Part shown: in pieces, positions 63,460 to 64,000 of the stretch
Layout: each line of letters starts with the position of its first letter
Position numbering within the stretch: the stretch's first letter is position 1
From: Candidatus Methylomirabilia bacterium
GTDB taxonomy: Bacteria > Methylomirabilota > Methylomirabilia > Rokubacteriales > CSP1-6
Direction of reading: 5' to 3'
Assembly (NCBI GenBank): GCA_041496385.1
Contig: JBGQEL010000010.1
Location: forward strand, 19,245 to 83,244
Length of the DNA: 64,000 nt
The notes under the pieces: model-generated
The model's database searches: none
What the model was told of the DNA's origin: nothing
The model's input: the letters and a program-made list of their open reading frames with translations, nothing else
Program-made: the position numbers and the translations under genes

Positions 63460-63968
63460 GGCACGCGCGCCGGCGTCACCGCGACGCTCTCCACGGGCCA
63501 GCGGGCGGGCGCGCGCAGCTCGAGCGTGACCGAGACCTCGCGGCTGAGTCCCACCTCGACGAGCCAGCGCCAGACGGCCGGCTCCACGAGCGGCGGGTAG
63601 CTGCGCGAGATCTCCCCCCGCGTGAAGACGTAGCGGCGTAGCGACTCGTCGAAGGTGTGGATGCGCTCGCCGACGACCAGCGTGCCGGCGCTCGTCACGC
63701 CCAGCACATAGTCGATCGTCTCCCGGGGCGAGGCGCGCACGACCCGGATGGGCGCGGCGCGCGTCGCGCCGGCGCGCCCGATGTCGGCGAGGAGCTGCTC
63801 GAGCGTCGTGTGCGCGACCGGCGCCTGGGTCAGGGCGACCATCTCGTTGCCGCCGCTCTGGACGCGGATCGGCGCCGGCCGCGGCGCGGCGGGCGGCGCG
63901 GGCTGGGCGTCAGCGCCGGCGGTGACGAGTGGGAGGGCCATGATCGCCCAGAGCCTCCAGCCTCTCAT
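63456..63968 (-). CDS. Hypothetical secreted protein
   Basis: Signal peptide, Pro-rich linker, ATGA coupling to cpoB. Confidence 0.7.
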   Translation of the reverse strand: MRGWRLWAIMALPLVTAGADAQPAPPAAPRPAPIRVQSGGNEMVALTQAPVAHTTLEQLLADIGRAGATRAAPIRVVRASPRETIDYVLGVTSAGTLVVGERIHTFDESLRRYVFTRGEISRSYPPLVEPAVWRWLVEVGLSREVSVTLELRAPARWPVESVAVTPARVP

Positions 63969-64000
63969 TCACTGGTTCGCCTCATGCCCGGACCCAGGCC

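Overview
This is a high-GC, gene-dense bacterial chromosomal segment, mostly on the minus strand. Gene content and style are compatible with Ca. Rokubacteria/Methylomirabilota, which is an unverified impression. Main blocks: (1) a heme operon (ccsA-hemACDB...hemL) with an Rrf2-CysK-sulfur carrier-JAB peptidase module embedded in it; (2) a Tat-exported selenocysteine formate dehydrogenase with an NrfD anchor, FdhE and FdhD; (3) ppdK-ilvBNC-psd-pssA-leuA-leuB-asd-truA; (4) an oxalate-oxidoreductase-like enzyme with TctCBA and a FadR regulator; (5) pdxR-pdxST; (6) an amidase operon; (7) RACo/MaoC/UroD-family genes; (8) ychF, EamA, queF; (9) a FecR/CHAT pair; (10) acyl-CoA catabolic genes; (11) fcl, a NusG paralog and cpoB. 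No rRNA, tRNA, CRISPR array or mobile element was seen. Strongest hidden signals: a candidate new selenoprotein (UGA readthrough giving F-U-Q-C, with a SECIS-like hairpin, 41461-41949); an unannotated Ile/Leu/Val leader peptide with a five-segment attenuator upstream of ppdK; an OOR-like enzyme with an altered active site that shares a FadR-type operator with the Fdh promoter; four genes apparently starting at near-cognate codons; and several leaderless, bidirectional or sigma54 promoters.
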